A stretch of 64,000 nt of DNA from Candidatus Kapaibacterium sp. (GTDB lineage Bacteria; Bacteroidota; Ignavibacteria; Kapaibacteriales; Kapaibacteriaceae), in NCBI GenBank assembly GCA_044345485.1, contig JBIJAX010000003.1, positions 2,426-66,425 on the forward strand. Direction: 5' to 3'. Within the stretch, counting starts at the first letter, position 1. Every line of letters begins with the position of its first letter. This document shows positions 42,285 to 54,173 of this stretch, one piece after another. The position numbers were made by a program, and so were the translations under genes. Below the pieces are notes generated by a model that had not been told where the DNA came from, made no database searches, and saw only the letters and a program-made list of their open reading frames with translations.

Positions 42285-43598
42285 CTAGCGTCCGGCTCTG
42301 CGGAATTCATATTTCGGATTTCCTGGAAGGGGAGAACGCAAACGAAAGTCTCCGAAGCCCGATGGATCTTCAAAAATCACATCGACACCATTCGGGTATG
42401 TCCATCGCATAAAAACACTTATGCGGTTTTGCCCCTGATATGGATCCATCGACAATGGCTCGCCGTAAATGATGTACACACGTCCCATATCGGTTAGCCA
42501 GCCTTCATTGTATGACTTGAATCGCTCATTAGCGATATCAATTCGACCATAGTATTCCTCCATTGCCTCGTTTTTGGAGCTGTTTGGAGTGGGGTCTATA
42601 GACTTCCAAAAATCTTCAAATCGTGAGAGCCTCTCCCCGTCCGTGGGCGCCTCCAATAGTGAATCAATTGTGTCCTGTCCCGTAACATAGATCAGCTGCT
42701 TGATTGCTTTTCGTAGATCTTTCAGAAGATCACCAGCCATTGACTGAGGAACGTGATACGGCCTGCTCGTAGATGCAAGAACTTCTGTTGTGTCGGCTAC
42801 ACCATTGGCATCTGCAGGATGTGCACGAATCGAAAAGGTATAGTTTCCTGTAATGAGTCTGGTGTAAAGAACAATTGGAACAAACGTTTGCGTTGCCGGT
42901 CCGGTTGGAAGCAACGGTTCCGTACTACCAGAGGCAAGTGTGCGCATATCTGCTGCGGTTATATCCCAGGTAAAGGTAACGTGTCTACGAATAGAGGTGG
43001 TATAGAACTCAAAGAATGCAAACAAGCGCAGATCATTTGACCACATCTGTTCACCGATGTAGGGGATGATCGTGTATCTGTGGCCCTTTTGTTCGATATC
43101 GCTGACGTAGAGAATTGAACTAAGTGCGTCGGCCTCTGCATTAAGGTCTTGCACAGTATGGCGTTGCTCTGCCGTGTAGATCTTTTGTCCAAACGCATCA
43201 CGTGCCTGAACGTCGATAACATAGCTTCCTGCAGGCAATGTAAATCGCCTCTGTGTGTTATCAGCTTTACCGGTCTTTCCGCGGGTGACGGTGTAGCTTG
43301 GTTCTCGGATCGTCTTGGTAACTGACGTGTCGACAAAGGATCTACCAGCGTCGTCTCGTACTCGAATCCGCAGTGCGTATTCACTTACGAAGGAACCGTC
43401 ATATGGGGTGAACTGAAGATGTTCATACGGCATTGCAACGTAAACATCCAGCAGAGGGTTGGCTGCCAGCCCCCTTCCTTTGAAGGATACAGCGTCGAGC
43501 TTGAGTACAGAAAGCTCGTCCGCGTTTACCCATGCCGTTGTAGCGTGAGAAACTGGTGGTACGAGCAGTCCGAGTGCCGCGGTGATTGGGAGAATCAT
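42285..43598 (-). CDS. GWxTD domain-containing protein
   Basis: C-terminal NEGWLTDMGRVYIIYGEP motif. Start moved to ATG 43596-43598 (signal peptide MILPITAALGLLVPPVSHA), which removes the overlap with the upstream gene. Confidence 0.75.
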   Translation of the reverse strand: MILPITAALGLLVPPVSHATTAWVNADELSVLKLDAVSFKGRGLAANPLLDVYVAMPYEHLQFTPYDGSFVSEYALRIRVRDDAGRSFVDTSVTKTIREPSYTVTRGKTGKADNTQRRFTLPAGSYVIDVQARDAFGQKIYTAEQRHTVQDLNAEADALSSILYVSDIEQKGHRYTIIPYIGEQMWSNDLRLFAFFEFYTTSIRRHVTFTWDITAADMRTLASGSTEPLLPTGPATQTFVPIVLYTRLITGNYTFSIRAHPADANGVADTTEVLASTSRPYHVPQSMAGDLLKDLRKAIKQLIYVTGQDTIDSLLEAPTDGERLSRFEDFWKSIDPTPNSSKNEAMEEYYGRIDIANERFKSYNEGWLTDMGRVYIIYGEPLSMDPYQGQNRISVFMRWTYPNGVDVIFEDPSGFGDFRLRSPLPGNPKYEFRRAGR

Positions 43599-43611
43599 GG
43601 TGTACTCTTGG

Positions 43612-44895
43612 CTATACGTTAACCTGTAACTTCCACACGTCCCGCGTTTCACGTGCAAGTCGTTCTCTGTCATCGGGATGTGCAATTCCAATCAACATTT
43701 GCGCTCGCTCGCGCAATGATGCTCCGTGAAGATAGGCCACACCATACTCGGTGACAAGGTAATGTACATGTGCACGCGTTGTTACAACACCGGCGCCGGG
43801 TTTGAGCAATGTCGTGATTCTGCTGATTCCGCTGGACGTGCGTGATGGCAGTGCGATAATGGGCCTGCCGCCATCGGCACGTGCGGCGCCGCGCATAAAA
43901 TCAACTTGTCCGCCCACACCTGAATATGGCGCAGGGCCGATAGAATCAGCGCATACTTGACCCGTAACATCAACTTCAATTGCACTATTGATAGCTGTCA
44001 TCTTTGGATTTCGCTGAATATTGGCCGGGTTATTTACATATGCCACATCAAGCATCGAGACCATCGGATTGTCGTCGATAAAATCATAGACCTTCTTCGA
44101 CCCCATGACAAACGTCGCAACGATCTTGTTGGGGTGAATTGTCTTTTGCGATCCGTTTACAACGCCACTCTCGATCAATGGCAGCAGACCGTCGCTAAAC
44201 ATCTCGGTATGGATGCCGAGGTTCTTATGCGAATGCAACTGATGCAGCACGGCATCGGGGATTGCGCCAATGCCCATCTGAAGCGTTGCATCGTCGGAAA
44301 CGAGCGATGCTACATGTTTGCCGATGGCGATCTCGACATCTCCCAACACTGGGGGCTGGACCTCGAAAATTGGTTCATCTACCTCAACCATGTAGGTTAG
44401 CTTATCCTTATGAACCAGCGCATCTCCATGAGTTCGGGGCATCTTTGGGTTGATTTGTGCAATTACGATCTTGGCCGAATGGAGAGCCTCATGTGCAGCC
44501 TCAACAGTTACTCCGAGTGAGCAGAAACCGTGCTGGTCAGGGGGCGAGACATTGATCAATGCAACATCAACGGGGATCGTTCTTGATCTGAACAACTGTG
44601 GGATTTCCGACAGAAACACAGGCGCATAATCTGCTCTACCTTCCTGAACAGCCTTGCGCATGTTGCCGCCGATAAAGAGACATGTTACACGAAAGCTTTC
44701 GGCATAGGCTGGGTCTGCGTATGGTGCCGGACCCTCTGTATGGAGGTGGATGATGCGTACGTTGCGTAAGCGCTCTGCCTGACGAACAAGCTCGTGGATG
44801 AGCGTCTGCGGTGCTGCGGCAACGCTATGGATGTAGAGACTATGGCCAGACTGAATCGACGCTATAGCTTCTGAAACACGAACTACTCTGCCCAT
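43612..44895 (-). CDS. acetyl-CoA hydrolase/transferase family protein (4-hydroxybutyrate CoA-transferase-like)
   Basis: SGVGGQVDFMRGA motif, 427 aa, family-typical N-terminus (EAIASIQSGHSLYIH). Confidence 0.85.
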   Translation of the reverse strand: MGRVVRVSEAIASIQSGHSLYIHSVAAAPQTLIHELVRQAERLRNVRIIHLHTEGPAPYADPAYAESFRVTCLFIGGNMRKAVQEGRADYAPVFLSEIPQLFRSRTIPVDVALINVSPPDQHGFCSLGVTVEAAHEALHSAKIVIAQINPKMPRTHGDALVHKDKLTYMVEVDEPIFEVQPPVLGDVEIAIGKHVASLVSDDATLQMGIGAIPDAVLHQLHSHKNLGIHTEMFSDGLLPLIESGVVNGSQKTIHPNKIVATFVMGSKKVYDFIDDNPMVSMLDVAYVNNPANIQRNPKMTAINSAIEVDVTGQVCADSIGPAPYSGVGGQVDFMRGAARADGGRPIIALPSRTSSGISRITTLLKPGAGVVTTRAHVHYLVTEYGVAYLHGASLRERAQMLIGIAHPDDRERLARETRDVWKLQVNV

Positions 44896-44923
44896 GAATT
44901 CTCCTGTAGGTATGCCAAGTACA

Positions 44924-44931
44924 CAAAGTTA
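44924..44931 (-). promoter_or_regulatory. Bacteroidota-type -7 promoter box (TAACTTTG)
   Basis: Plus strand reads CAAAGTTA, 29 nt upstream of the CoA-transferase ATG. Confidence 0.4.
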
Positions 44932-44939
44932 CTCTTTGG

Positions 44940-44947
44940 TATTTTTG
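44940..44947 (+). promoter_or_regulatory. Bacteroidota-type -7 promoter box (TATTTTTG)
   Basis: TAnnTTTG 23 nt upstream of the ATG at 44971; back-to-back with the opposite-strand box. Confidence 0.4.
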
Positions 44948-44970
44948 CACGACCATTTGGAGCCCCTCGC

Positions 44971-47001
44971 ATGGAAATGAAGAACATTGTTTTTGTGATC
45001 ATTCTTGCCGCAGCCTTCGGCATTTTTTCCCGCAGTGCTATGCGCCTTATCGCATGGCTCAATGTAGGAAAGCCGGATAACAGGTTTGATCGCATTGGAG
45101 AGCGTATCAAGACTACACTTGTTGTAGGTATTGGTCAAAGTAAGATCCTACGTGACAAAGTGGCGGGGCCTATCCATGCCGGAATCTTTTGGGGATTCCT
45201 GATTCTACTCTTTTCTGCGATCGAGATGATTCTTGAAGGATTTCATGACGGATGGTCACTGAATTTCCTTGGACCGGTCTATAGCGCTGTTACAATTCTG
45301 ACAGACATCTTCTGCCTGCTCATCATCGTTGGAACGATGATGTCGCTCTGGCGCAGGTATGTTACAAAAGTTAAGCGCCTGCAGGTAGAGCACGAAAAAG
45401 TAGAAGCGGGAATGATCTTGCTAACGATATTTACGATTGTAAGCGGACTATTTGTTCAAAATGCGCTACGCGGGCAGCTTGAAGCAGGTGATTTCTCGTG
45501 GGCCGTGCGCCCAGTGAGCGGTCCGTTCGGGGCGGTATTAGCCTCGGCATTCGGTAGCAGCTCTCACATCGTCTTCGAGATCGCGTGGTGGGCCCATGCA
45601 GTGCTCATTCTTGCCTTTATGAACTACCTGCCGTATTCCAAGCACCTCCACGTTCTAACATCAATACCGAATGTGTTCCTTGGTCCGTTAGCCCCTTCCA
45701 ATGCAATGCAGCCGATCAACTTTGAAGAAGAAGGCGTTGAAAAATTCGGCGTTGTTGATATTGAAGATCTCTCATGGAAGTCGTTGCTTGACGGTTATAC
45801 ATGCACGCATTGCGGACGCTGCACAAGCGTGTGCCCCGCAAACCAGACGGGCAAAGTGCTCGATCCTCGTGGAATCATCATTGCGATCCACGACCGTACG
45901 ATGGACAAGGCTCCATTGATTCTAAAGCAGCAGAACAACGAAGAGCTTACCACCGAAGAACAGGCAGTATGGGATAAGAAGCTCATTGGTGACTATGTAA
46001 ATCCAGATGCCCTATGGGCATGCACAACATGCGGTGCATGTATGCAGGAATGTCCGGTGAATATTGAACACGTGCCGGCCATTGTTGGTATGCGCAGATC
46101 CATGGTAATGATGGAGTCAATGTTTAACGACGAATCAGCGCTGCTTCCCGATATCTACGGAAACATGGAAACCAACTCTGTTCCGTGGGGAGGTTTCGGA
46201 CAGGCTGATCGCGCGAACTGGGCAGAAGGCATGGGCATCAAGACTGCGGCAGAGGATGCGTCGATGGAAGTGCTCTTCTGGGTTGGATGTGCCGGATCGT
46301 ACGATGAGCGAGCAAAAAAGACCACAAAAGCATTCGCAGAGCTGATGCAGATCGCTGGCGTAGATTTTCGCATCCTAGGAACTGAAGAGAACTGTACAGG
46401 TGATGTTGCGCGCAGAACCGGGAACGAGTACTTGGCAGACATGCTTACCAAGACTAACGTTGAAACATTCCAGCGATATAACGTCACGAAGATTGTAGCA
46501 ACATGTCCGCACTGCTTTAACTCGCTGAAGAACGAGTATCCTCAGTATGGATTTTCAGCTGAGATTCTGCACCACACGCAGTTCATACAGGAGCTTATCG
46601 CAAGCGGTAGGTTGGTGATCGATCGATCAACCGCGTCATCAGAGGCAATCACGTATCATGACTCATGCTACCTTGGCCGCTACAACAATGAGTTTGAAGC
46701 TCCGCGAGCTGCCATAGAGAATGTGCCGGGCCTAACTATCCTTGAACCTGCGCGTTCAGGTGACAGGGGGCTATGCTGTGGTGCTGGTGGCGGACGCATG
46801 TTCATGGAAGAGCATGTTGGAGACCGCGTGAACATCACGCGGACAAATGAGCTCCTTGCCACCGGCGCTGAAACGATCGCTGTAAACTGCCCATTCTGCG
46901 CCACAATGATCACTGATGGCGTGAAGGCCGCAGAAAAGACAGAGTCTGTGGTTGTTCGCGACGTAGCCGAGATTCTACTCGACCACGTTCGGTCAAACTA
47001 A
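44971..47001 (+). CDS. membrane-anchored Fe-S oxidoreductase (HdrD/GlpC/DsrK-like; EtfD-like architecture)
   Basis: About 6 N-terminal TM helices, two 4Fe-4S motifs (CTHCGRCTSVCP, CTTCGACMQECP), and two CCG-type cysteine-rich domains (CPHCFNSL, CCGAGGG, CPFCATM); 676 aa. Confidence 0.8.
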   Translation: MEMKNIVFVIILAAAFGIFSRSAMRLIAWLNVGKPDNRFDRIGERIKTTLVVGIGQSKILRDKVAGPIHAGIFWGFLILLFSAIEMILEGFHDGWSLNFLGPVYSAVTILTDIFCLLIIVGTMMSLWRRYVTKVKRLQVEHEKVEAGMILLTIFTIVSGLFVQNALRGQLEAGDFSWAVRPVSGPFGAVLASAFGSSSHIVFEIAWWAHAVLILAFMNYLPYSKHLHVLTSIPNVFLGPLAPSNAMQPINFEEEGVEKFGVVDIEDLSWKSLLDGYTCTHCGRCTSVCPANQTGKVLDPRGIIIAIHDRTMDKAPLILKQQNNEELTTEEQAVWDKKLIGDYVNPDALWACTTCGACMQECPVNIEHVPAIVGMRRSMVMMESMFNDESALLPDIYGNMETNSVPWGGFGQADRANWAEGMGIKTAAEDASMEVLFWVGCAGSYDERAKKTTKAFAELMQIAGVDFRILGTEENCTGDVARRTGNEYLADMLTKTNVETFQRYNVTKIVATCPHCFNSLKNEYPQYGFSAEILHHTQFIQELIASGRLVIDRSTASSEAITYHDSCYLGRYNNEFEAPRAAIENVPGLTILEPARSGDRGLCCGAGGGRMFMEEHVGDRVNITRTNELLATGAETIAVNCPFCATMITDGVKAAEKTESVVVRDVAEILLDHVRSN

Positions 47002-47009
47002 CACCGACG

Positions 47010-48290
47010 CTAAATCACTCTCGCACTCATGCCAAACTGCTTCGCCAGGAGTTCGGTTAGGTGTGCGCGGTTGTGCGAAGCGATGACCTCTTCGTTGGGC
47101 TTCGGCATACGGCCCTGTTTCCATGCTGTATACATCTCAACGATGCTGGTTGCGATCGCATCTATATCGTCGGGCTCTGTGATCCATGCAGCCCCATATC
47201 TCTGAGCATCCTTGCGTAGGGTACCGTCGGGTACACTCACAAGTAACGGTTTGCGCGATGCCATGTATTCATACAGCTTGGCACTTGAGATTGTATCTGC
47301 ATTGCGAGTCTTACCAACCATCATCCACAGTGCGTCGCTCGAAAGCAGGTGTCGGACAGAATCGTTGTGTTCACAGTACCCATGATCAGTGATCAATGTG
47401 TCGATACGGAACTTCTTCGCTGCCTTTTTGTATTCGTCTCGCAGTAAACCAACGAACTGCAGATCCAGCTTTATAGAGGGATCTTCCGTGACAACCTTCT
47501 TTACTGCTTTGAAAAAGGGTATCGGCGAGACTACGTCGTAAAAAATCCCCGCATACGTTAATCGAAATGCCGAATCCTCACGGGGGAAGGGGCTTGCCAG
47601 CACAAAATCTGCAGGATCATATCCGTGCGGAATAATGGCAACTTCATCTGATCGTAAGAAATTGTATCGTGCGATGAGGTGCTCTTTGATGCGACGATTG
47701 GTAACCGTCACACGAGAAGCAACGGAAAGCACCTCGCGCTCGAGCTGCTGGTGCTTGTTTGAATGCCACAGGGTTGGGTAGAAGTGGAATTGATTGCCTA
47801 CCCAAAGGTCACGATAGTCTACAATCAGCGGTATGCCAGTTTCCTCGCTGAGTGTGGCAGCAGCCATCATAGATGAGAATGGTGGACCGCTAACAAAGAT
47901 GGCTTCAAAATCATGCTGTTGAACAAGTTCGCGAGCCAACGAGAGAGCTTGTTGTGCCCATGCTTTTTTATTGTCAGGAATGAAAAACGTATCGCTGAGC
48001 CTTCTGAGCATCTTGCGAACAAACTCGCGCGGCATCTTCACCGTGCCCTGATCTTTAAGCAGGCTGTTGGGGTCTTTCCCTTCTGTACGATGGATCACGA
48101 TGTCCCGGCCCTCAAGGTCGGTGAGCAGTGATTCGTCGTGCGCATAGTATGCTGTAGGGCCAGTCGTGATAACATGCGGCTGCCATCCCATGTCGGGAAG
48201 GTACTTCATGAACTTACTGACGCGCTGAACGCCACTGAGCCCCATAGGAGGGAAATAGTATGCAAAAACGAGAACGCGTTGATTGGGCAT
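47010..48290 (-). CDS. glycosyltransferase, GT-B fold (family 4-like)
   Basis: N-terminal VLVFAYYFPPMGLSGVQRV; two-Rossmann-domain length (426 aa). Family-level call only. Confidence 0.65.
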   Translation of the reverse strand: MPNQRVLVFAYYFPPMGLSGVQRVSKFMKYLPDMGWQPHVITTGPTAYYAHDESLLTDLEGRDIVIHRTEGKDPNSLLKDQGTVKMPREFVRKMLRRLSDTFFIPDNKKAWAQQALSLARELVQQHDFEAIFVSGPPFSSMMAAATLSEETGIPLIVDYRDLWVGNQFHFYPTLWHSNKHQQLEREVLSVASRVTVTNRRIKEHLIARYNFLRSDEVAIIPHGYDPADFVLASPFPREDSAFRLTYAGIFYDVVSPIPFFKAVKKVVTEDPSIKLDLQFVGLLRDEYKKAAKKFRIDTLITDHGYCEHNDSVRHLLSSDALWMMVGKTRNADTISSAKLYEYMASRKPLLVSVPDGTLRKDAQRYGAAWITEPDDIDAIATSIVEMYTAWKQGRMPKPNEEVIASHNRAHLTELLAKQFGMSARVI

Positions 48291-48296
48291 AGCTGG

Positions 48297-49403
48297 TTAG
48301 ACGATCACCAATTCTCGTGGGGCAGTGGTCAGAATCTGAGGCCCCTTGGGCGTTATCACCACATCATCCTCGATGCGCATTCCGAACTTTCCGGGCAAGT
48401 AAATACCTGGTTCGATGGTAACGACACAGTTCGTTGGGATTTGTTCGTGCTTGTTTGTGTACGATACGCGAGGATGCTCGTGGACCTCATATCCTAGGCC
48501 GTGTCCGAGTGAGTGACGGAAGTAATCGCCATACCCTGCACGTGTGATAACAGTACGCGCGGCTGCATCCAATTCAGCACCGGTAACGCCAGAAACAGCT
48601 GCATCAAGGGCAGTCATATGGGCATCGTAGAGAACCGAGAAGACATCTATCACGGCCTTCTTTGGCGTGTCTACACAGAAGGTTCTGGTCATGTCGCTGT
48701 ATAAACCGTCTACGCAGCAGCCAAAGTCAACAGTAATGACATCACCTTTTTTGATCGTGGCATCGCTTGCTCTTCCATGGGGCATAGCACTGCGAGCACC
48801 AGCGACAACGATGATGTCAAATGCGTCCTTTTCAGATCCCAGTTCGCGTGTGGTTGTGGCAAGGAATGTGGCGATCTGACGTTCAGTCATGCCTGGACGC
48901 ACCATACCTAGCATGCGCTCGTACGCTGTGCTGGTGATCTGCGCTGCTGCAGCGATACTCTTGATCTCTGGGGTGCTCTTAGGAAGGAGAAGCGCGTCGA
49001 CGAAGCCTGGCATGTCTACGAGCTTCGATCCCTTGAGAGCTTTTTTCATGCCGAGAAAGCCAGCATGACTGTGACGTCCTGGATCGAAGCCAACATTCTT
49101 CCAGGTTTTGTGAAGATGCTGTGTCGCTATCACGCTCCAAGGGTCACGATGAATATAGACCTTAAGCCCATCGAGCTTGTGCAGCTCTTTCTGCACCTGT
49201 ACTTCGTAGAGATCGTTCGTAAAGAAGTGTATGTTCTTCTTTGTGACGATAGCCATTGCGTAGGATCCCGAAAACCCTGTGAGGTATCTCAGGCTTGGTG
49301 TGTGGGCAATGACGTATGCATCAACCTTGTGAGCTGTAAGCCCCTTACGGATTGATGCTAGGCGCTCTGTGGCAGCGTTGAATTGGGCTCTGGAAGTGGC
49401 CAT
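48297..49403 (-). CDS. M24 family Xaa-Pro dipeptidase/aminopeptidase
   Basis: VDFGCCVDGLYSDMTRTF, HSLGHGLGYEVHE, IEPGIY, RIEDDV metal-ligand motifs. Confidence 0.85.
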   Translation of the reverse strand: MATSRAQFNAATERLASIRKGLTAHKVDAYVIAHTPSLRYLTGFSGSYAMAIVTKKNIHFFTNDLYEVQVQKELHKLDGLKVYIHRDPWSVIATQHLHKTWKNVGFDPGRHSHAGFLGMKKALKGSKLVDMPGFVDALLLPKSTPEIKSIAAAAQITSTAYERMLGMVRPGMTERQIATFLATTTRELGSEKDAFDIIVVAGARSAMPHGRASDATIKKGDVITVDFGCCVDGLYSDMTRTFCVDTPKKAVIDVFSVLYDAHMTALDAAVSGVTGAELDAAARTVITRAGYGDYFRHSLGHGLGYEVHEHPRVSYTNKHEQIPTNCVVTIEPGIYLPGKFGMRIEDDVVITPKGPQILTTAPRELVIV

Positions 49404-49405
49404 AG

Positions 49406-50915
<1,510 letters not shown>

Positions 50916-50941
50916 TTGTCCACATCGATCTAAATGTTGAT

Positions 50942-51358
50942 TCAGGCTGATTCGCGCTGAAGTTTGCTTGCACGAAGACGTGTCTCGGCCCAGTGGATCT
51001 CGTTACGGGATTGGTCGCGAGACTGGCGATCTGCGCTCTCCGAAGAACGAGCGCGAACGAGATCTTGCTCGGCATCTTCAGCATTGATTTCGATTGCAGG
51101 GAGAAGCTCCTGAACAACGATATTCACGTTGTTCTTGAGGACTTCGATAAAGCCCTCGCGCGCCGCATAGTACGTAACGTTGTGGTTCTCATCTTCGATC
51201 TTCATAACGCCAATGTCTAGCGATGAGATGATCGGAGCGTGATTATACCATACCTGAAACGGACTGTACGTGCCCGGCACTGCGACTGATAGTGCCTTGC
51301 CCTCAAAAGCCGTTTGGCTTGGAGTAACAATGCTGATGGAAAGAATACGGTCTGCCAT
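50942..51358 (-). CDS. atpC: F0F1 ATP synthase subunit epsilon
   Basis: 138 aa, N-terminal beta-sandwich-like LSISIVTPSQTAFEG, immediately downstream of atpD. Confidence 0.88.
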   Translation of the reverse strand: MADRILSISIVTPSQTAFEGKALSVAVPGTYSPFQVWYNHAPIISSLDIGVMKIEDENHNVTYYAAREGFIEVLKNNVNIVVQELLPAIEINAEDAEQDLVRARSSESADRQSRDQSRNEIHWAETRLRASKLQRESA

Positions 51359-51362
51359 ACGA

Positions 51363-52865
<1,503 letters not shown>

Positions 52866-52893
52866 CTAGGCGTTCCCGTGACGTCTGAAATGG

Positions 52894-52901
52894 TAAATTT
52901 G
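52894..52901 (+). promoter_or_regulatory. Bacteroidota-type -7 promoter box (TAAATTTG)
   Basis: TAnnTTTG 43 nt upstream of the thiolase ATG. Confidence 0.4.
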
Positions 52902-52943
52902 TGACTCTAGTTTTCCCCATACACCACAAAAAGAGTCGCCCCC

Positions 52944-54113
52944 ATGACGTATATCATTTCGGCTGCCCGCACTCCAATCGGTTCACTGCTCGGATCACTG
53001 AGCGAATTCTCGGCCCCACAGCTTGGCGCAATAGCCATCAAGGCTGCTCTTGAGCGAAGTGGTGTTCCCGGCGAGGCAGTAAGCGAAGTCATCATGGGAA
53101 ATGTGCTGGCCGGTGGCGTTGGGCAAGCTCCTGCGCGTCAGGCAGTGATCTTCGCAGGACTGCCAAAAAGCGTCCCAGCTATGACGATTAATAAAGTTTG
53201 TGGCTCCGGACTGAAGTCTGTTATGCTAGCTGATCAGGCTATTCGTTGCGGCGATGCAGAGATTGTGATTGCTGGCGGACAAGAGTCAATGACCAACGCA
53301 CCACATGCAATGCTTGATTCGCGCAAGGGGGTCAAGTTTGGTAATGCACGCATGGTAGACCTCATGCAGTGGGACGGCTTGTGGGATGTGTACAATCAGG
53401 TTCCAATGGGAGATGCGGCCGAAGTCTGTGCCTCAGAATGCGGCATCACCCGCGAGATGCAAGACGAGTTTACTATTGAGTCGTACAAGCGCGCACAGCA
53501 AGCTCAGGCAGACGGCGTCTTTGCCAATGAGATTGCTCCTGTCACAGTGAAAACTCGCAAGGGTGATGTGGTCGTCGAAACAGACGAAGAACCTTCGAAG
53601 GTGCAGTTTGATAAGATTCCAAGCCTGAAGCCAGTCTTCAAGAAAGATGGAACTGTTACAGCTGCAAACGCTTCAACGATCAATGATGGGGCTGCAGCAC
53701 TTGTACTTGCATCAGAAAAGGCTGTTGCTGAGCATGGTCTTACGCCAATGGCCCGTATACTCGGCCAAGCATCTTTTGCTCAAGACCCAATCTGGTTTAC
53801 AACCGCACCGGTAGATGCAATAAAGAGGGCAGTCGGCAAGGCTGGTATCACTGTAGAAGACATCGATCTATTCGAGATTAATGAAGCATTTGCAGTCGTT
53901 ACGCTTGCTGCGCAGCAGCAACTTTCGATCCCACGCGAAAAAATCAACGTCCACGGTGGAGCAGTTGCTCTGGGCCATCCAATTGGTGCTTCTGGAGCTC
54001 GCGTTCTCACCACTCTTGTACATGCACTCAAGCGCCACGGAAAGCGCTATGGTTTGGCTACGCTCTGTATCGGTGGCGGTGAAGCGAGCGCCATAGTTGT
54101 TGAAGCTCTGTAA
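52944..54113 (+). CDS. acetyl-CoA C-acetyltransferase (thiolase II)
   Basis: Active-site NKVCGSGLKS (Cys), NVHGGAVALGHPIGASGAR (His), CIGGGEA (Cys); 389 aa. Confidence 0.92.
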   Translation: MTYIISAARTPIGSLLGSLSEFSAPQLGAIAIKAALERSGVPGEAVSEVIMGNVLAGGVGQAPARQAVIFAGLPKSVPAMTINKVCGSGLKSVMLADQAIRCGDAEIVIAGGQESMTNAPHAMLDSRKGVKFGNARMVDLMQWDGLWDVYNQVPMGDAAEVCASECGITREMQDEFTIESYKRAQQAQADGVFANEIAPVTVKTRKGDVVVETDEEPSKVQFDKIPSLKPVFKKDGTVTAANASTINDGAAALVLASEKAVAEHGLTPMARILGQASFAQDPIWFTTAPVDAIKRAVGKAGITVEDIDLFEINEAFAVVTLAAQQQLSIPREKINVHGGAVALGHPIGASGARVLTTLVHALKRHGKRYGLATLCIGGGEASAIVVEAL

Positions 54114-54173
54114 ACCTGCGCTGTAATCACACTTGACAACGACAACGAACATTTTCATTGAGGTAATCACACC

